NCBI RefSeq assembly: GCF_006345805.1
Contig: NW_021832383.1
Span: 125,530-189,529 of the forward strand
Reading direction: 5' to 3'
From: Octopus sinensis
Lineage: Eukaryota
Length of the DNA: 64,000 nucleotides
Positions within the stretch are counted from its first letter, which is position 1; each line of letters opens with the position of its first letter. The notes beneath the pieces are model-generated. The model was given only the letters and a program-made list of their open reading frames with translations. It was not told the origin of the DNA and ran no database searches. This document shows positions 1 through 12,465 of the stretch, one piece after another. Both the position numbers and the translations under genes were made by a program.

Positions 1-351
1 TAATTGGTAATTGCAAAAACAAGGCTATGGAAGCACATAGGAAGAAGTGATCAACTGAGCAGATGAACAAATGAGTAAATGAGCATATTGTCTATAAAAC
101 CGAATGGGTGTGTAGGTGCTAGTTCCTATATCAATTGAGTAAATATGCTCATCTGCTTATATGCTTCCATAGCCTTGTTTTTGCAATTACCAATTACTCT
201 TTCCACTTGATAATCTGTACCACTAATGCATGTGTGTGTATCAATCCGATACATTGGAATAAATAGATATACTGGAATGTTTTACCAGCTGGTGTCTGTC
301 GATTTCATATCCTCTCCACTCTATTATTTGCCCTATATATATATATATATA

Positions 352-566
352 TCAAGATATAACAGATCGCCATGTTGATTCGCTAGCTTCTGCACGCATT
401 TTTTTCTCTCCTTGTTTCTTTTCTGTGTATCTTTCTGTCGTAGAGCGTAGGCTCGAAACGTAAAAGACTTGTTTTATTTATATTCCTGAGCGCCATACTA
501 ATACAATTGTTTGTTTGTACTCCACCTGCCTTCGTCTTTTGTTTATTGTCATAAAGCTTCCCGTTA
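352..566 (+). mobile_element. (TA)n-embedded repeat with hammerhead-like motif (other copies ~15410-15600 and ~19238-19417); probable truncated Penelope-like end
   Basis: Shared CTTT-CTGT(AGA/CGT)A-GAGC-gtag-GCT(C/T)-GAAA(C/T)GTA-AAAG motif and shared flanks; (TA)n on both sides of each copy. Confidence 0.65.
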
Positions 567-724
567 TATATATATCAACCAAAAAGAAAGATATACATAT
601 TTAAAATCAACTACTATGATAACTGTGTGTGTGTGTGTTTGTGTTGCTTGCATGCATGCATGCATGAATGTCTGTACAAACACACTTGCATAATCCCTGG
701 TACTGCCCAGGCTAAATAGTAGTT

Positions 725-951
725 TTAACCCTTTAGTATTTAAACCGGCCATATCCGGCCAAAATAGCTAATCTGTTTTATGTTCAAACTGACCAGATCC
801 AGGCTCTCACACCTACCCTACAATGTTATTCTACATTAAGTAATTACACCATCAAGATCTTGAAGATATGAGATAATGCATGATTAATTCAAATCAATGG
901 GAATCAATAGGCATTATGTTTGATAGAATAATCTGAACACTAAAGGGTTAA
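725..951. mobile_element. piggyBac-type MITE family B (~225 bp)
   Basis: TTAA|CCCTTTAG...CTAAAGGG|TTAA. Other copies at ~20907-21139, 29847-30072, 41437-41654, 42242-42660 (SINE-interrupted), 43908-44134; partial copies at ~16270-16620, 24336-24600, 33910-34152, 45704-45915. Confidence 0.8.
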
Positions 952-1482
952 ATGGTCCAGAATTGTTCTTAATGAAGACTAAGAAGTTCAATTAATAATC
1001 AAGAGATTTGGGTTCAGTGCCACTGTGTGAGACTTTTAGACAAGTGTCTTCAAGGGAATGCTATTCTTCTGGGCCAACACTCAACAGTTTCCAAGCAACA
1101 AATGACATTGCTTTAAAATGATCTTTTGTGAATTAAAGCTTTTCTTCAATATTTCATGTTTTCCCAAATATCAACTTAATGACAATAGTTTTAACTAGCT
1201 TTTTCATTATTTAAAAAAAACAAATCTTAGTGGTCTGTTTGACAGAGAATATAGGCAAGTAGATACAGGTACCGTTTTACCCTCCTACCCATTTACCTGG
1301 CGGGACATTAAAGATGTGAGAACTGGAGAAGAGAGAGAGAGGGGGGACAGTGACATTCATTTACAGCTATCAACCAATGTCAAGACATGTAGATACTAAC
1401 ACAGACACATGCAAAGTATACAACAGGCTTCTTTCAGTTTCCATCTACCAAATTCTCTTACAGGGCTTTGGCCAGCTGTTTT

Positions 1483-1784
1483 GTTTGTTCCTTCTCGAGC
1501 CATGCCTGGCTCATAAGGGCCGGTTTCCTGGTTTCTTGGCGTATAGGTTCCCCACCTGGACGGGACGCCGGTCCATCGCAGGTGAGCTGCAAGATGCAGG
1601 AGGAAAGAGTGAGAGAAAGTTGTGGCGAAAGAGTCAGCAGAAGTTTCGCCATTACCTTCTGCCGGAGTCACGTGGAGCTTAGGTGTTTCGCTCATAAACA
1701 CACACATCGTCCGGTCTGAGATTCGAACCCGCGATCTCTTGACCACGAATCCGCTGCTCTAACCACTAGGCCATGTGCCGCCAC
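1483..1784 (-). mobile_element. tRNA-derived SINE with V-domain-like segment, nested in another SINE (second copy ~13333-13607)
   Basis: Head GGCACATGGCCTAGTGGTTAG...GGTTCGAATC on the - strand; TSD ctttggccagct; segment CCTGGACGGGACGCCGGTCCATCGCAGG. Confidence 0.75.
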
Positions 1785-1905
1785 CTTTGGCCAGCTTAGG
1801 AGACACTCGCCCCAAAAGCCATGCAGGTGGGACTGAACCCCAAACCCAAGCATTTTAACCACACAACCAGGTCTCACGTATATATAATTTGAAACGATTA
1901 CTTAC

Positions 1906-2108
1906 GAGTGTGCTTTGCCATCGTAGTACTGTGTGTCCATCACGATGACCAGATGAGACGTCATGGTCATCCCCCAGGCAAGATTGCGGGAAGCTACCAC
2001 CAGTTGTATTGCTCCACTCATGAAAAGCTGCTCAATCACTTTGCGTTCGGTATCATTGAGTCCTTCATGTAGATACGCTACACCATTGCTCAGAGTCTCC
2101 CTTAAAGT
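1906..2108 (-). CDS. SNRNP200: SNRNP200 exon 34 ([17 protein letters not shown]...[13 protein letters not shown]), 203 nt; last exon found in window
   Basis: tgacag / TC|gtaagt. Confidence 0.95.
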
Positions 2109-2140
2109 CTGTCACATATATAAAATATACATACATTAAA

Positions 2141-2175
<35 letters not shown>

Positions 2176-2229
2176 TATACGTTTAAATATTTGTTGTGCA
2201 AATATATATCTATATATATATATATATAT

Positions 2230-2730
2230 AAAAATACAAAATGGGACAAGAACGCAAAACATTCAAATAGACGATACAAAAAACACGGACGGGTCATTCG
2301 AAGCCTCTAATCTTCAATCAAGAACCGGATCATACTCGCAATTTCGGCTGGTTAATCTTGAGATTGCTCCGATCTGGCCAGCCCCAAGGAAAAACTAAGC
2401 TATGAGCATTAGATTTTTTGGAAAAAGGATCGAATGTATACGAAACAAGGACAGAAAACGGATGATGTTACACGAATATAAATACAAAAAACAATAATAA
2501 TAATAATGATAACAGGACATAACAACAGGCGTCTTTCGACTTAGACGAATTGAACTCAGCTGGCGTATTTGAAAAATAATGCCTTACGGCAGATGAAGAA
2601 AGCGATGTTATCGTGGCACTGGTCCAAAGTGAAAAGGCTATAGTTGGCCAGCGGTCATGCGAGAAGAGAAGAGAGAGAAAAAGAGGAACAAACATATTAG
2701 GGAGGGCGAGAAGACAGAGAAAAAGAGGAA
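2230..2730 (-). mobile_element. (TA)n-embedded interspersed repeat; its end recurs in + orientation at ~61160-61305
   Basis: Reverse complement of ~2230-2365 matches gatctcaagattaatcagccgaaattgc...gttttgcgttcttgtcc at 61160-61290; both copies flanked by (TA)n. Confidence 0.6.
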
Positions 2731-2819
2731 TATATATATATATATATGTATATATACACAGATGAAAAATAATATCCAAATTTTACACATATAATGTGTA
2801 TAATAGATAATTCATTATA

Positions 2820-3056
2820 CAGCCTGTCCCAAAAAGATGTACTCACTCTTTGACTTCCCAGTACTCATGCATTTTGTGTTCAAGTAGATGTTTATTGATA
2901 TACATACAATCCCAAAAAGTTAAATTAAATTCAGGAAAATAAATTGTTGTAGAAACGATTATTTATTGTCATTTAGAATAATTTAATGTTCTTTCTCATT
3001 CCTGCGAATTAGTAATTGTTTGTCAAAGAGTGAGTAGATCTTTTTGGGGCACCCTG
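2820..3056. mobile_element. Tc1/mariner-type MITE
   Basis: TA|CAGCCTGTCCCAAAAAGATGTACTCACTCTTTGAC ... GTCAAAGAGTGAGTAGATCTTTTTGGGGCACCCTG|TA (~35-bp TIRs, TA target duplication). Confidence 0.85.
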
Positions 3057-3742
3057 TAGATACAATGACTCCAAAGTTAAGGTGCTGGACTTTCCAGTTA
3101 TAAGTTCATGAAAAAAAAAAAAAAACTCTGAAAGTTTTCTTTATTCAGGGATGAAGTAATTTGGGTTAGGAAGGGCAAGTGACTGCAAAAACAGGTGCTT
3201 TTAAAATATGTAAAAAAAAAAACCCATTTCACCCAAACAAACATAGAGAAGGAACGAATATAAATGGACATTGTTGGACAGTTTGGCAAGGGCTGGTACG
3301 CTTGATGGGTGCACCAGACTCCAGTCTGATTTCACATGGTTTTTCTACGGCTGGCTGCCCTTCCTAATACCAACCACTCTGAGAGTGTAATGGGTGCTTT
3401 TATGTGACACCAGTATCTGCCATGACTGCAGTTTTGCTTGGTCTGAAGGGTCTTCTTATCAAACATGACATAATGCCAAAGATCTCGGTCATTCCCTCCG
3501 TGAGGCCCAACACTCAAAAGATGCACTTTGCGTGACACCAGCATCAACCACGACTACAATTTTACTTGGCTTGGCGGGTCTTCTCAAGCACAGCTAATCA
3601 CCAAAGACCTCAGTCACTAGTCATTGCCTCTGTGAGGCTCAAAGTTCAAAGACCATGCTTCACCACTTCGTCCCATGTCTTCCTGGGTCTACCTCTACCA
3701 CAGGTTCCACAGTTAGAGAGCGGCACTTCTTTACATATCCAC

Positions 3743-4139
3743 AGGAGTGGCTGTGTGGTAAGTAGCTTGTTTACCAACCACATGGCTCCGGGTTCAGTCC
3801 CACTGCATGGCACCTTGGGCAAGTGTCTTCTACTATAGCCTCGGGCCGACCAAAGCCTTGTGAGTGGATTTGGTAGACGGAAACTGAAAGAAGCCCGTCG
3901 TATATATGTATATATATGTATGTGCGTGTATGTTTGTGTGACTGTGTTTGTCCCCCTAGCATTGCTTGACAACCGATGCTGGTGTGCTTATGTCCCCGTC
4001 ACTTAGCGGTTCGGCAAAAGAGACAGATAGAATAAGTACTGGGCTTACAAAGAATAAGTACCGGGGTCTAGTTGCTCGATTAAAGGCGGTGCTCCAGCAT
4101 GGCCACAGTCAAATGACTGAAACAAGTAAAAGAGAGAGA
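3743..4139 (+). mobile_element. tRNA-derived SINE family (head GGAGTGGCTGTGTGGTAAG...GGTTCAGTCCC, internal microsatellite, AAAGAGT-like tail)
   Basis: Other copies at ~45243-45520(+), 47738-48117(+), 60945-61575(+), 36306-36712(-), 58496-58815(-), 59700-60040(-), 8430-8810(-), 29448-29800(-), 27720-28015(-). Confidence 0.85.
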
Positions 4140-4221
4140 ATGTCTTCCTGGGTCTACCTCTACCACAAGTCCCACAGTTGGAGAGCGGCACTTCTTTACA
4201 TATCCACAAACCTATACATAC

Positions 4222-4458
4222 CTTATCATTGATCTTGCTAACAAAGGGATCCAGATCGGTTTGTGGCACGTGCAAGAAATGATTGGGCTGTAGGTCAGCG
4301 GCACAAAAGGTCAGAATGTCGATGGCAGTGAGACGAGTTTGTTTGCGAGATGGAACAAACACCAGGACAGGTTTCTTGGTGGAATGACGCAGGATGGCTT
4401 GGTAGGTAGGCTTGGACATGGCAACGATGCGGGATGCGTTGTGGCTGATATTAAAACC
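4222..4458 (-). CDS. SNRNP200: SNRNP200 exon 33 ([22 protein letters not shown]...FVSKINDK), 237 nt
   Basis: ccgtag / AAG|gtatgt. Confidence 0.95.
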
Positions 4459-4764
4459 CTACGGTGATAAAAATAAAAACAAAGAAAATTATTAAGTAAA
4501 AATAAAAATAAATTACAAAAACAATTAGGAAAAAAAACCTCTAAAATTTAAGAATAAAATGAAAAAATTTAGGAAACAAAAAGGTGAGAAAAAGCAAAAG
4601 GAAAATGAAAGATGAGAGTAGGGAAACGATGTCAAAGAAAAAGAGGTGAGATGGAAAAAGACGAAAGTTGAAGGCAACAGAGGAAGAAAAAAATAAAGGA
4701 AAGATGATAAAGATATAAAGAATTCATCAGAAGGATTGTTTGATTGTTTAGATTCAAAGATTAC

Positions 4765-4956
4765 CTGTATATGCAATTCCAGAGGAACTGGCCGAACATT
4801 TGGATGGAAGTTGAAAAAGCCTCCCGTACTGCAGCCGAGCCATTGTGCGATGTCCTTAGCGTTGGACAACGATGAGCTCAAAGCCACAATTCGAATATTC
4901 CGGTTTAGTTGAGAGGAAATGTATCTCATTCGAGAGCAGATCACTTCTAAAACTGG
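4765..4956 (-). CDS. SNRNP200: SNRNP200 exon 32 ([16 protein letters not shown]...[10 protein letters not shown]), 192 nt
   Basis: ttacag / CAG|gtaatc. Confidence 0.96.
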
Positions 4957-6398
4957 CTGTAAATAGAAAGAGAGAGAAAATGAGAGACGGTGTATAAGGG
5001 GGGGGAGGCAGTGGAGTAGAAGACAAGAGAAAACAGTCTCAAGTTTCACCCTTTACCATTTCATTTTCAAATTCTTCAGAGGGTAACTTTGGTATTTCTT
5101 TATATTAAGGTTGGTCAAGGTTGTCAGCTGGCAGAACCATTAGAGCATCAGACAAAATGTCTAGCAATGTTTGTTCAGGGTCTTTAGGTCCTGAGTTCAA
5201 ATTCCACGGAAGTTAGGAGCTGATAATTCAACTTACTCCTTCCCCTAAAAGTTTCTGCCCTTGTGCCAAAATTATAAAGAATTATTAAGAATTTTTACTA
5301 TCATTACCATTACCATTATTATTATTATTATTATTAATAAAGTGGTGAGTTGGCAGAATGGTTAGCACACCAGGCGAAATGCTTAGTGGTGTTTCATCCA
5401 TTTTCATGTTCCAAGTTCAAATTCTGCTGAGGTCAACTTTACCTTTCATCCTTTCGGGGTCGATAAATAAAGTACCAGCAAAACCCTGGGGTCTATGTAA
5501 TTGACTTATCCCTCCCGCCACCTTTCCAAATTTCAGGCCTTCTGCCTATAGTAGAAAGGATTATCATTATTATCATTAATGGTGAGGGCACATGGCTTAG
5601 TGGTTAGGGTGTTGCACTCATGATCTGGTGATTGTGATTTCAATTCCTAGTCTGGGTGGTGTCTTGTGTTCTCCAGCGAAACACTTCATCACATACACAG
5701 TGCACCTGTTCAGACAACATTGATTGGATCACTCTAAACAATTAATTTGTGTAGGTCGTTCGTTAAAAGCTGAACACTCATACATCATATTCGACAGGAG
5801 AGTCCATCGTTATTATTAACGAAGCAACCTAACAGAATCATTACTGCAATGGACAAAGTGCTTGGTGGCATTTCTTTTGGTTCTTGGTGTTCCAAGTTCA
5901 AATGCTGTCCACATTCATTATGATTTTCAGGTTTTGAGAGTCGATAAAATAAGCATGTGTGAAATACTTGGTGTTGATATAATCAACTTGTCCCTTCCCT
6001 CAATGGTTGGCAGGGGCCATGTGCTCCAACAACTCGTCCCTGCATCTACCATTTATTGGTGATTCCTTCCTCCTGGCAGATGATGTCTCTGCACCACTCA
6101 GGCGACGATCCTACAACCCATGAGGCTGTCTGGTAGTCATGGCCTTTGAGGGTTTTACAAAGTCAGAGTGTGATGTGAAATGAAGTGCTTTGCTCAAGAA
6201 CACAACACACTGCCCAGCCAGGGAATCGAACCCACAATCTGACAATCGTAAGTGCAACATGCTAGCCACAAGGCCATGGGCCTTCCACACACATTTTTTA
6301 TCAATGTTTTGTGTCAACTCAGGTGTTCAAAGAGACACAAGACATTGATAAAGGTGAGTCAGAAAGAGAGTGTTAAAAGATCAATAGGATGTACTCAC

Positions 6399-6527
6399 GC
6401 CAACATCACCTCCGATCAAATGAAGCTCATCAATAATAAATAGATTGACACTCTGTACATTCTTCCTCTGTTTCCAACGCCGTGAAAGCACATCCCACTT
6501 CTCAGGTGTGCTGATTATTATGTTACC
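6399..6527 (-). CDS. SNRNP200: SNRNP200 exon 31 ([43 protein letters not shown]), 129 nt
   Basis: ttttag / GGC|gtgagt. Confidence 0.96.
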
Positions 6528-7161
6528 CTAAAATTCAAAGAACAAAAACAAAAAACTTTTGTTATAAAAAAACCCCAAAAGTATTTAATTTCATATAAAT
6601 AAATTTTTTTAAAAATCTACATCATCATCATCGTTTAGCGTCCGTTTTCCATGCTAGCATGGGTTGGACGGTTCAACTGGGGTCTGGGAAGCCAGAAGGC
6701 TGAACCAGGCCCAGTCTGATCTGGCAATGTTTCTAGGGCTGGATGCCCTTCCTAACGCCAACCACTCCGTGAGTGTAGTGGGTGCTTTTTACGTGCCACC
6801 GGCACATTTGAATGAATAACTGTTTTATAGATAATTCATAATTTCTTTGGACCAGGGCAAACCAAATGTCAACATACACATTGGTACCATCTTAGCATAT
6901 GTTGGATGAATGTCATTAATGCCAGTAGCTGCAGTGGCGGCAATCATCATCATCATCAGTCACTTTACATCCACTTTCCATGCTGGCATGGATCGGAAGG
7001 GTCATCATAGTCATTTCTTTATTGGGAGTCCTTGTTTTTATAGAGTGGTGGTAGTATGTAACATTTAGCTTGGTTTCTACTCCTGGATGCCTGTCCTCTC
7101 ACCAGCTGCTCCACAGAGTGCAGTCAGTGCTATTTGATGATGGTACCAATACTAGAGAGGT

Positions 7162-7394
7162 AAGGCGGCGAACTGGCAGAATCGTTAGCACGCCGGGCGA
7201 AATGTGTAGCCGTATTTCGTCTGCCGTTACGTTCTGAGTTCAAATTCTGCCGAGGTCGACTTTGCCTTTCATCCTTTCGGGGTCGATAAATTAAGTACCA
7301 GTTACGCACTGGGGTCGATGTAATCGACTTAATACCTATGTCTGTCCTTGTTTGTCCCCTCTATGTTTAGCCCCTTGTGGGTAATAAAGAAATA
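7162..7394 (+). mobile_element. SINE with Meta-domain-like core (GCCTTTCATCCTTTCGGGGTCGATAAA..AGTACC) and 20-bp target duplication
   Basis: TSD ggtaccaatactagagaggt at 7142-7161 and 7395-7414. Other copies at ~9085-9305(-), 18378-18572(-), 28042-28260(+), 5340-5560(+), 23120-23335(+), 38430-38630(-), 60110-60275(-), 62186-62785(+, tandem). Domain name is from recall. Confidence 0.8.
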
Positions 7395-7486
7395 GGTACC
7401 AATACTAGAGAGGTTGATAAGATGGACTAATTTGCAAGTGACTTCACAAATGACTAATTGTATAAATTAATAAGCAAGATACTAAC

Positions 7487-7585
7487 TTTAGCAAGTAGTT
7501 TGAGATCTGTGGCAGTTTCACCTGTCAGCAACACGACTCTTTTGCCCATCTGGAGACAGAACTTGTTGTACCAATCGGTGTAGGT
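7487..7585 (-). CDS. SNRNP200: SNRNP200 exon 30 ([33 protein letters not shown]), 99 nt
   Basis: ttgcag / AAA|gttagt. Confidence 0.94.
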
Positions 7586-9918
7586 CTGCAAAAGAGAATA
7601 GTTCAATAAATAAATAAATATGAAAATAATGAGATTGTCTGTCAGGCAGATGAAAATAAAGAATTTGGTATCTATTGCAACATCATCATCATCGTTTAAT
7701 GTCCGTTCTCCATGGGTTGGACGGTTCGACCGGGGATCTGGGAAGCAAGAAGGCTGCACCAGGCTCCAGTCTGATCTGGCAATGTTTCTACAGCTGAATG
7801 CCCTTCCTAACGCCAACCACTCCGTGAGTGTAGTGGGTGCATTTTACGTGCCACCTGCACAGGTGCCAGGCGAGGCTGGCAACGGCCAGTCGGATTGGTG
7901 CATTTTACGTGCCACCGGCACGGAAGCCAATCGAGGCGGCGCTGGCATCGGCCACGATTCGGAGAGTGCTTTTTACGTACCACCAGTCCAGGTGTCCTGG
8001 CATCTACCGGGTGCCAGTCATAGGATTGGTTCAATTTCGATTTCACTTGCCCCAACAGGTCTTCGCAAGCAAAGGGGGGGTTGGCATGGGTGCCTGTCGT
8101 CGGATGAGGTTCGATATCGACTTCGCTTGCCTCAACAGGTCTTTGTGTGTCCAAGGGAGGAAGGGCATGCATAAGTGGGCTGGACTCACTTGTCCTGCCT
8201 GGTCTTCTCATGCAATAATAACGCAACAATAACAAAATCTTCTCATCATGTGTGAGTGTGTGTGAATATTCTTCTACCTTGTCTCTAGTGCTAATGTGGT
8301 GGACATTATGACTAACTGCTCTGAAAAAACAGGCAAGGGTTGGTGACAGAGAGAGTATCCAGCAGTAAATTCCTGCCTCAAAATTACTCTTCATCCACAT
8401 CCAGGCTAGCAAGGGATATCTTTATCTTTTATCTTTTACTTGTTTCAGTCATTAGACTGTGGCCATGCTGGGGCACCACCTCGAACAATTTTTAGTCAAA
8501 TGTATTGATCCCCAGCACTTACTTTTGAAAGCCTGGTACTCACTCTATTGGGATCTTTTGTTGAACTGCTAAGTTATGGGGGACATAAACACATCAGCAG
8601 TGGTGGGGGACAAACATAGACACAAACACACACACACACACACATGTACAACAGGCTTCTTTCAGTTTCCCTCTACCAGATCCACTCACAAGGCTTTGGT
8701 CAGCCTGAGGCTAGATTAGGAGACACTTGTCCAAGGCGACATGCAGTAAAACTGAACCCTGAACCATGAGGTTCAGAAGCTAAGTTCTTACCACACAACC
8801 ACATCGGCGCCTATTGATGTTAACGAACAAACAACATTGAGACTGATCTTAATAGCATCTGACATTGAAATGCATTACATTAAGACTGATCTTAACTGTT
8901 TTGTTACCATATTTTTTTTATTTAAAGACACTGCTTTCATTTCAATTAATTTAGAAAATGAAGAATTTAGGAAAATATCACTCATTTTAAAGCTGGTGTT
9001 TGGAACAGGAAAGTTTTAAATTTATATGATTTTAGAATGAGGGATGGATTGGTATCAAAAGGGTTAAAAGTAGAGCTAATATTTATTTCTTTACTACCCA
9101 GAAGGGGCTAAACACAGAGAGGACAAACAAACGAATTAAGTCGATTATATCGACCCCAGTGCGTAACTGGTACTTATTTAATCGACCCCGAAAGGATGAA
9201 AGGCAAAGTCGACCTCGGCGGAATTTGAACTCAGAGCGTAGCGGCAGACGAAATACCACTAAGCATTTCGCCCCGCGTGCTAACGTTTCTGCCAGCTCGC
9301 CGCCTTTTTATTAGTAGAGCTAATATTAATTAGTCCCCTCACCCAAAAGACATATTCAGGACAAACTTTGCAGTGGATATTAATAACGACAGCCACTGCC
9401 ACCACTATTCAAACATCCATTTTACATGCTGGTATGGGTTAGAACAGTGTTTCCCCACCCTCTGGCGCCACTTTAACTTTCAAGGGAAAGTGTATGCCCC
9501 AATGGAAGTTGGGGAGAAACAACTTCCTTTTTAATATTCTATCACATTTATTTAACAGAAAAGAATCTACCTGTAACTCTTGTATTAAGAACTGAATAAA
9601 AAAAAAAAAAAAAGCATTATTGATGAAGAAAATAAAAGTGAAACCATTCTAACGAGAACCTAGTGCCTGGTGACAATGGCATCATGGCCCTCAATTTTTT
9701 CAGGCTCCATCGGTGAGGCATATGCCCCATGTTTTGAATCACAAGGCTAGACAATTTGACAAGCCAGGGAGCTGCACTAGGATTCATTTGTCTGCTTTGC
9801 CATGGTTTCTATGGCTGGATGCCCTTCCTAAATGCCAACCACTTTACAGAGTGGACCAGGTGCTCTTTTTCATGGCACCAGCATTGGAACAAATATGAAA
9901 TCTTAAAGTATAACAAAC

Positions 9919-10079
9919 CTGTTGGGCAAGAGTTTCCAAACATGTCACATAAACACATCTGCCATCGGGGTTCTGGGACAACATTCGTAGAACTGCAAAT
10001 TCTCCACAAATAGTTTTTCCACTTCCTGATGGTGCTCCGACAAAAACATTGTCGTCACTGTTGTAGATGGCATTAAAAA
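9919..10079 (-). CDS. SNRNP200: SNRNP200 exon 29 ([28 protein letters not shown]...LAQQ), 161 nt
   Basis: aattag / CAG|gtttgt; motif I of second cassette. Confidence 0.95.
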
Positions 10080-11751
10080 CTAATTGTTTCGGTGAAAGAC
10101 AAAGAAAAAAAATAAGAAAAATACTTAGAGAATTACAACAGAACATTTAAAAATTTTCAATTTTTTCAATCTTCCACCTCTGTTTTTCATGCAAATGCGC
10201 TTTAGAATCTTAGTTATAGGACCCTCCTGCTTCCATTAGGGCATCAGGCAAAAAAAAAATTCTCTTCCCAGTATGGGAGTCATCTCCCAAAGTTGAGATC
10301 CTTGCAGGTCCCCGCCTAAATAATCCACATCAGGTTAGACTGAGATTCCCTACTTCTGGTGGATGATACCAGTTGCACCACTTAGGCAACAACCCTCCAA
10401 CCCTACCTGCCCAAGGTTTTCCCCGTTCAGTGGATGGAGGTCCTGACTGCTTTGCCCTAGTCACTTCATGTGAATGTAGTGCCTTACAGGCAGCTGCAGG
10501 GATTCCCTGCAGGAGAAAACTTGATGGGTCTGATTGGGTAGTCATTGCTGGTGAGGGTTCTATGTGGTCGGAGTGCAAATCTTACCTCAACCTCTTTTAG
10601 TCAACTTTTTATGACACAGAAAGAACGATGGGTCTATTCCTTGGCATGTGGGTCCCCATGCAGCTGTTTGGTCATGTTGTTTGATTTTCTGAGTTGGATC
10701 CTGCATATCGTGTTCCAAGGACCCAGCTAAGGCAACAGCTTGTGCTGGGTTATGACAGATGAAGAATCTTGCAAAGAAGGGAATTGACTGGGACACTGCT
10801 TGGAGGGTTACCCAAGATGACTTGACTAAATAGCAACAAACAGTGCTTGCAGCAACATGCAATAATGGCACATGTCTCCATACCAGACCTGACCTGACCT
10901 AGTATGGTCACAAGACATATCACAAACCACAAAAGATAAGAGATAGGACGAAGATGAGGGTGAAAAATATATATGAATGGAGATTCATAACTATACAAGT
11001 AATATTTCTCCGGATATGAAATCAGAATATTCTGTAATTTGGTGGAATCAGTTAAAAAAAAACAATTGTGAATCAGTTTCGAAAATATGAGTTCGTTAAT
11101 GATAAAATAACAGACAAGACAACTGGGGACATAAAAAAGGGCTGTTGAGGGAAATACAGATTATAGGATTCAAATCACTTTATGGTGAAGTTTGCACATC
11201 TAATAAACATAATCAGTGGATCATCCATTTGATTGAGGCAGACCAATTCAGTGACGTTGGAGAAAATTTATCTAAAAACTATTTCACTCAGTTGAAGAGG
11301 GTTCAAGACTATATCTATCACTATAGAACATTTGGGCCTTTTAATGACAACAACAGAACTCAAAATCTCTTTTGGCCATAATACCATGAACCAGTGAAAC
11401 AATAACTGTAGTGTTGTGACTGCTTTTATTGTGGTAAACCTCTACTATTTCATCATCATCATCATCATCATCGTTTAACGTCCGTTTTCCGTGCTAGCAC
11501 GGGTTGGATGTTCCGACCGGGGTCTGGGAAGCCAGAAGGCTGCACCAGGCTCCAGTCTGATCTGGCAGTGTTACTACAGCTGGATGCCCTTCCTAACACC
11601 AACCACTCCGTGAGTGTAGTGGGTGCTTTTTACATGCACCGGCACAGGTGCCAGGGGAGTTTGGCAGCGGTCACGATTGGTTGGTGCTTTTTACGTGCCA
11701 CCAGCACAGAAGCCAGTCAAGGTGGTGCTGGCATCGGCTCAAGGCAGCGCT

Positions 11752-12373
11752 GGAACATATCTACAGCTAGGTACACTAGGCCACATCTCTTGCCTAAAGG
11801 AACATATCTACAGCTAGGTACACTAGGCCACATCTCTTGCCTAAAGGAACATATCTACAGCTAGGTACACTAGGCCACATCTCTTGCCTAAAGGAACATA
11901 TCTACAGCTAGGTACACTAGGCCACATCTCTTGCCTAAAGGAACAATCTACAGCTAGGTACACTAGGCCACATCTCTTGCCTAAAGGAACATATCTACAG
12001 CTAGGTACACTAGGCACATCTCTTGCCTAAAGGAACATATCTACAGCTAGGTACACTAGGCCACATCTCTTGCCTAAAGGAACATATCTACAGCTAGGTA
12101 CACTAGGCCACATCTCTTGCCTAAAGGAACATATCTACAGCTAGGTACACTAGGCCACATCTCTTGCCTAAAGGAACATCTACAGCTAGGTACACTAGGC
12201 CACATCTCTTGCCTAAAGGAACATATCTACAGCTAGGTACACTAGGCCACATCTCTTGCCTAAAGGAACATATCTACAGCTAGGTACACTAGGCCACATC
12301 TCTTGCCTAAAGGAACATATCTACAGCTAGGTACACTAGGCCACATCTCTTGCCTAAAGGAACATATTTACAG
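11752..12373 (+). repeat. 47-bp minisatellite, ~13 near-identical units
   Basis: Unit GGAACATATCTACAGCTAGGTACACTAGGCCACATCTCTTGCCTAAA; only a few 1-2 nt deletions. Confidence 0.95.
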
Positions 12374-12465
12374 AGATGGACCCTTCAGCTGATTATTTAT
12401 TGGACAATTTCAGCTCAACGACAAACAAAAAAAGGGGGAAAGAAAAAAAATTAAAAAATAAAAAC

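Noticed and set aside
7620-8412. Overlapping 130-200 aa ORFs as an intronic gene
   Set aside because: They coincide with a copy of the (ATG)n-tailed repeat, and the same peptides recur at many loci.
9919-10079. Divergent helicase motifs in the second cassette ([16 protein letters not shown])
   Set aside because: The C-terminal cassette of Brr2 is known to be a catalytically inactive, more divergent module.
10200-10900. GC-richer unique-looking block as a nested gene
   Set aside because: Only short ORFs with stops; it ends in a (GACCT)n tail with faint LINE-like C-terminal sequence, so it is probably an old retroelement, too decayed to call.
11752-12373. CRISPR-like regular array
   Set aside because: Units are contiguous and identical with no unique spacers, there are no cas genes, and the context is a eukaryotic intron.
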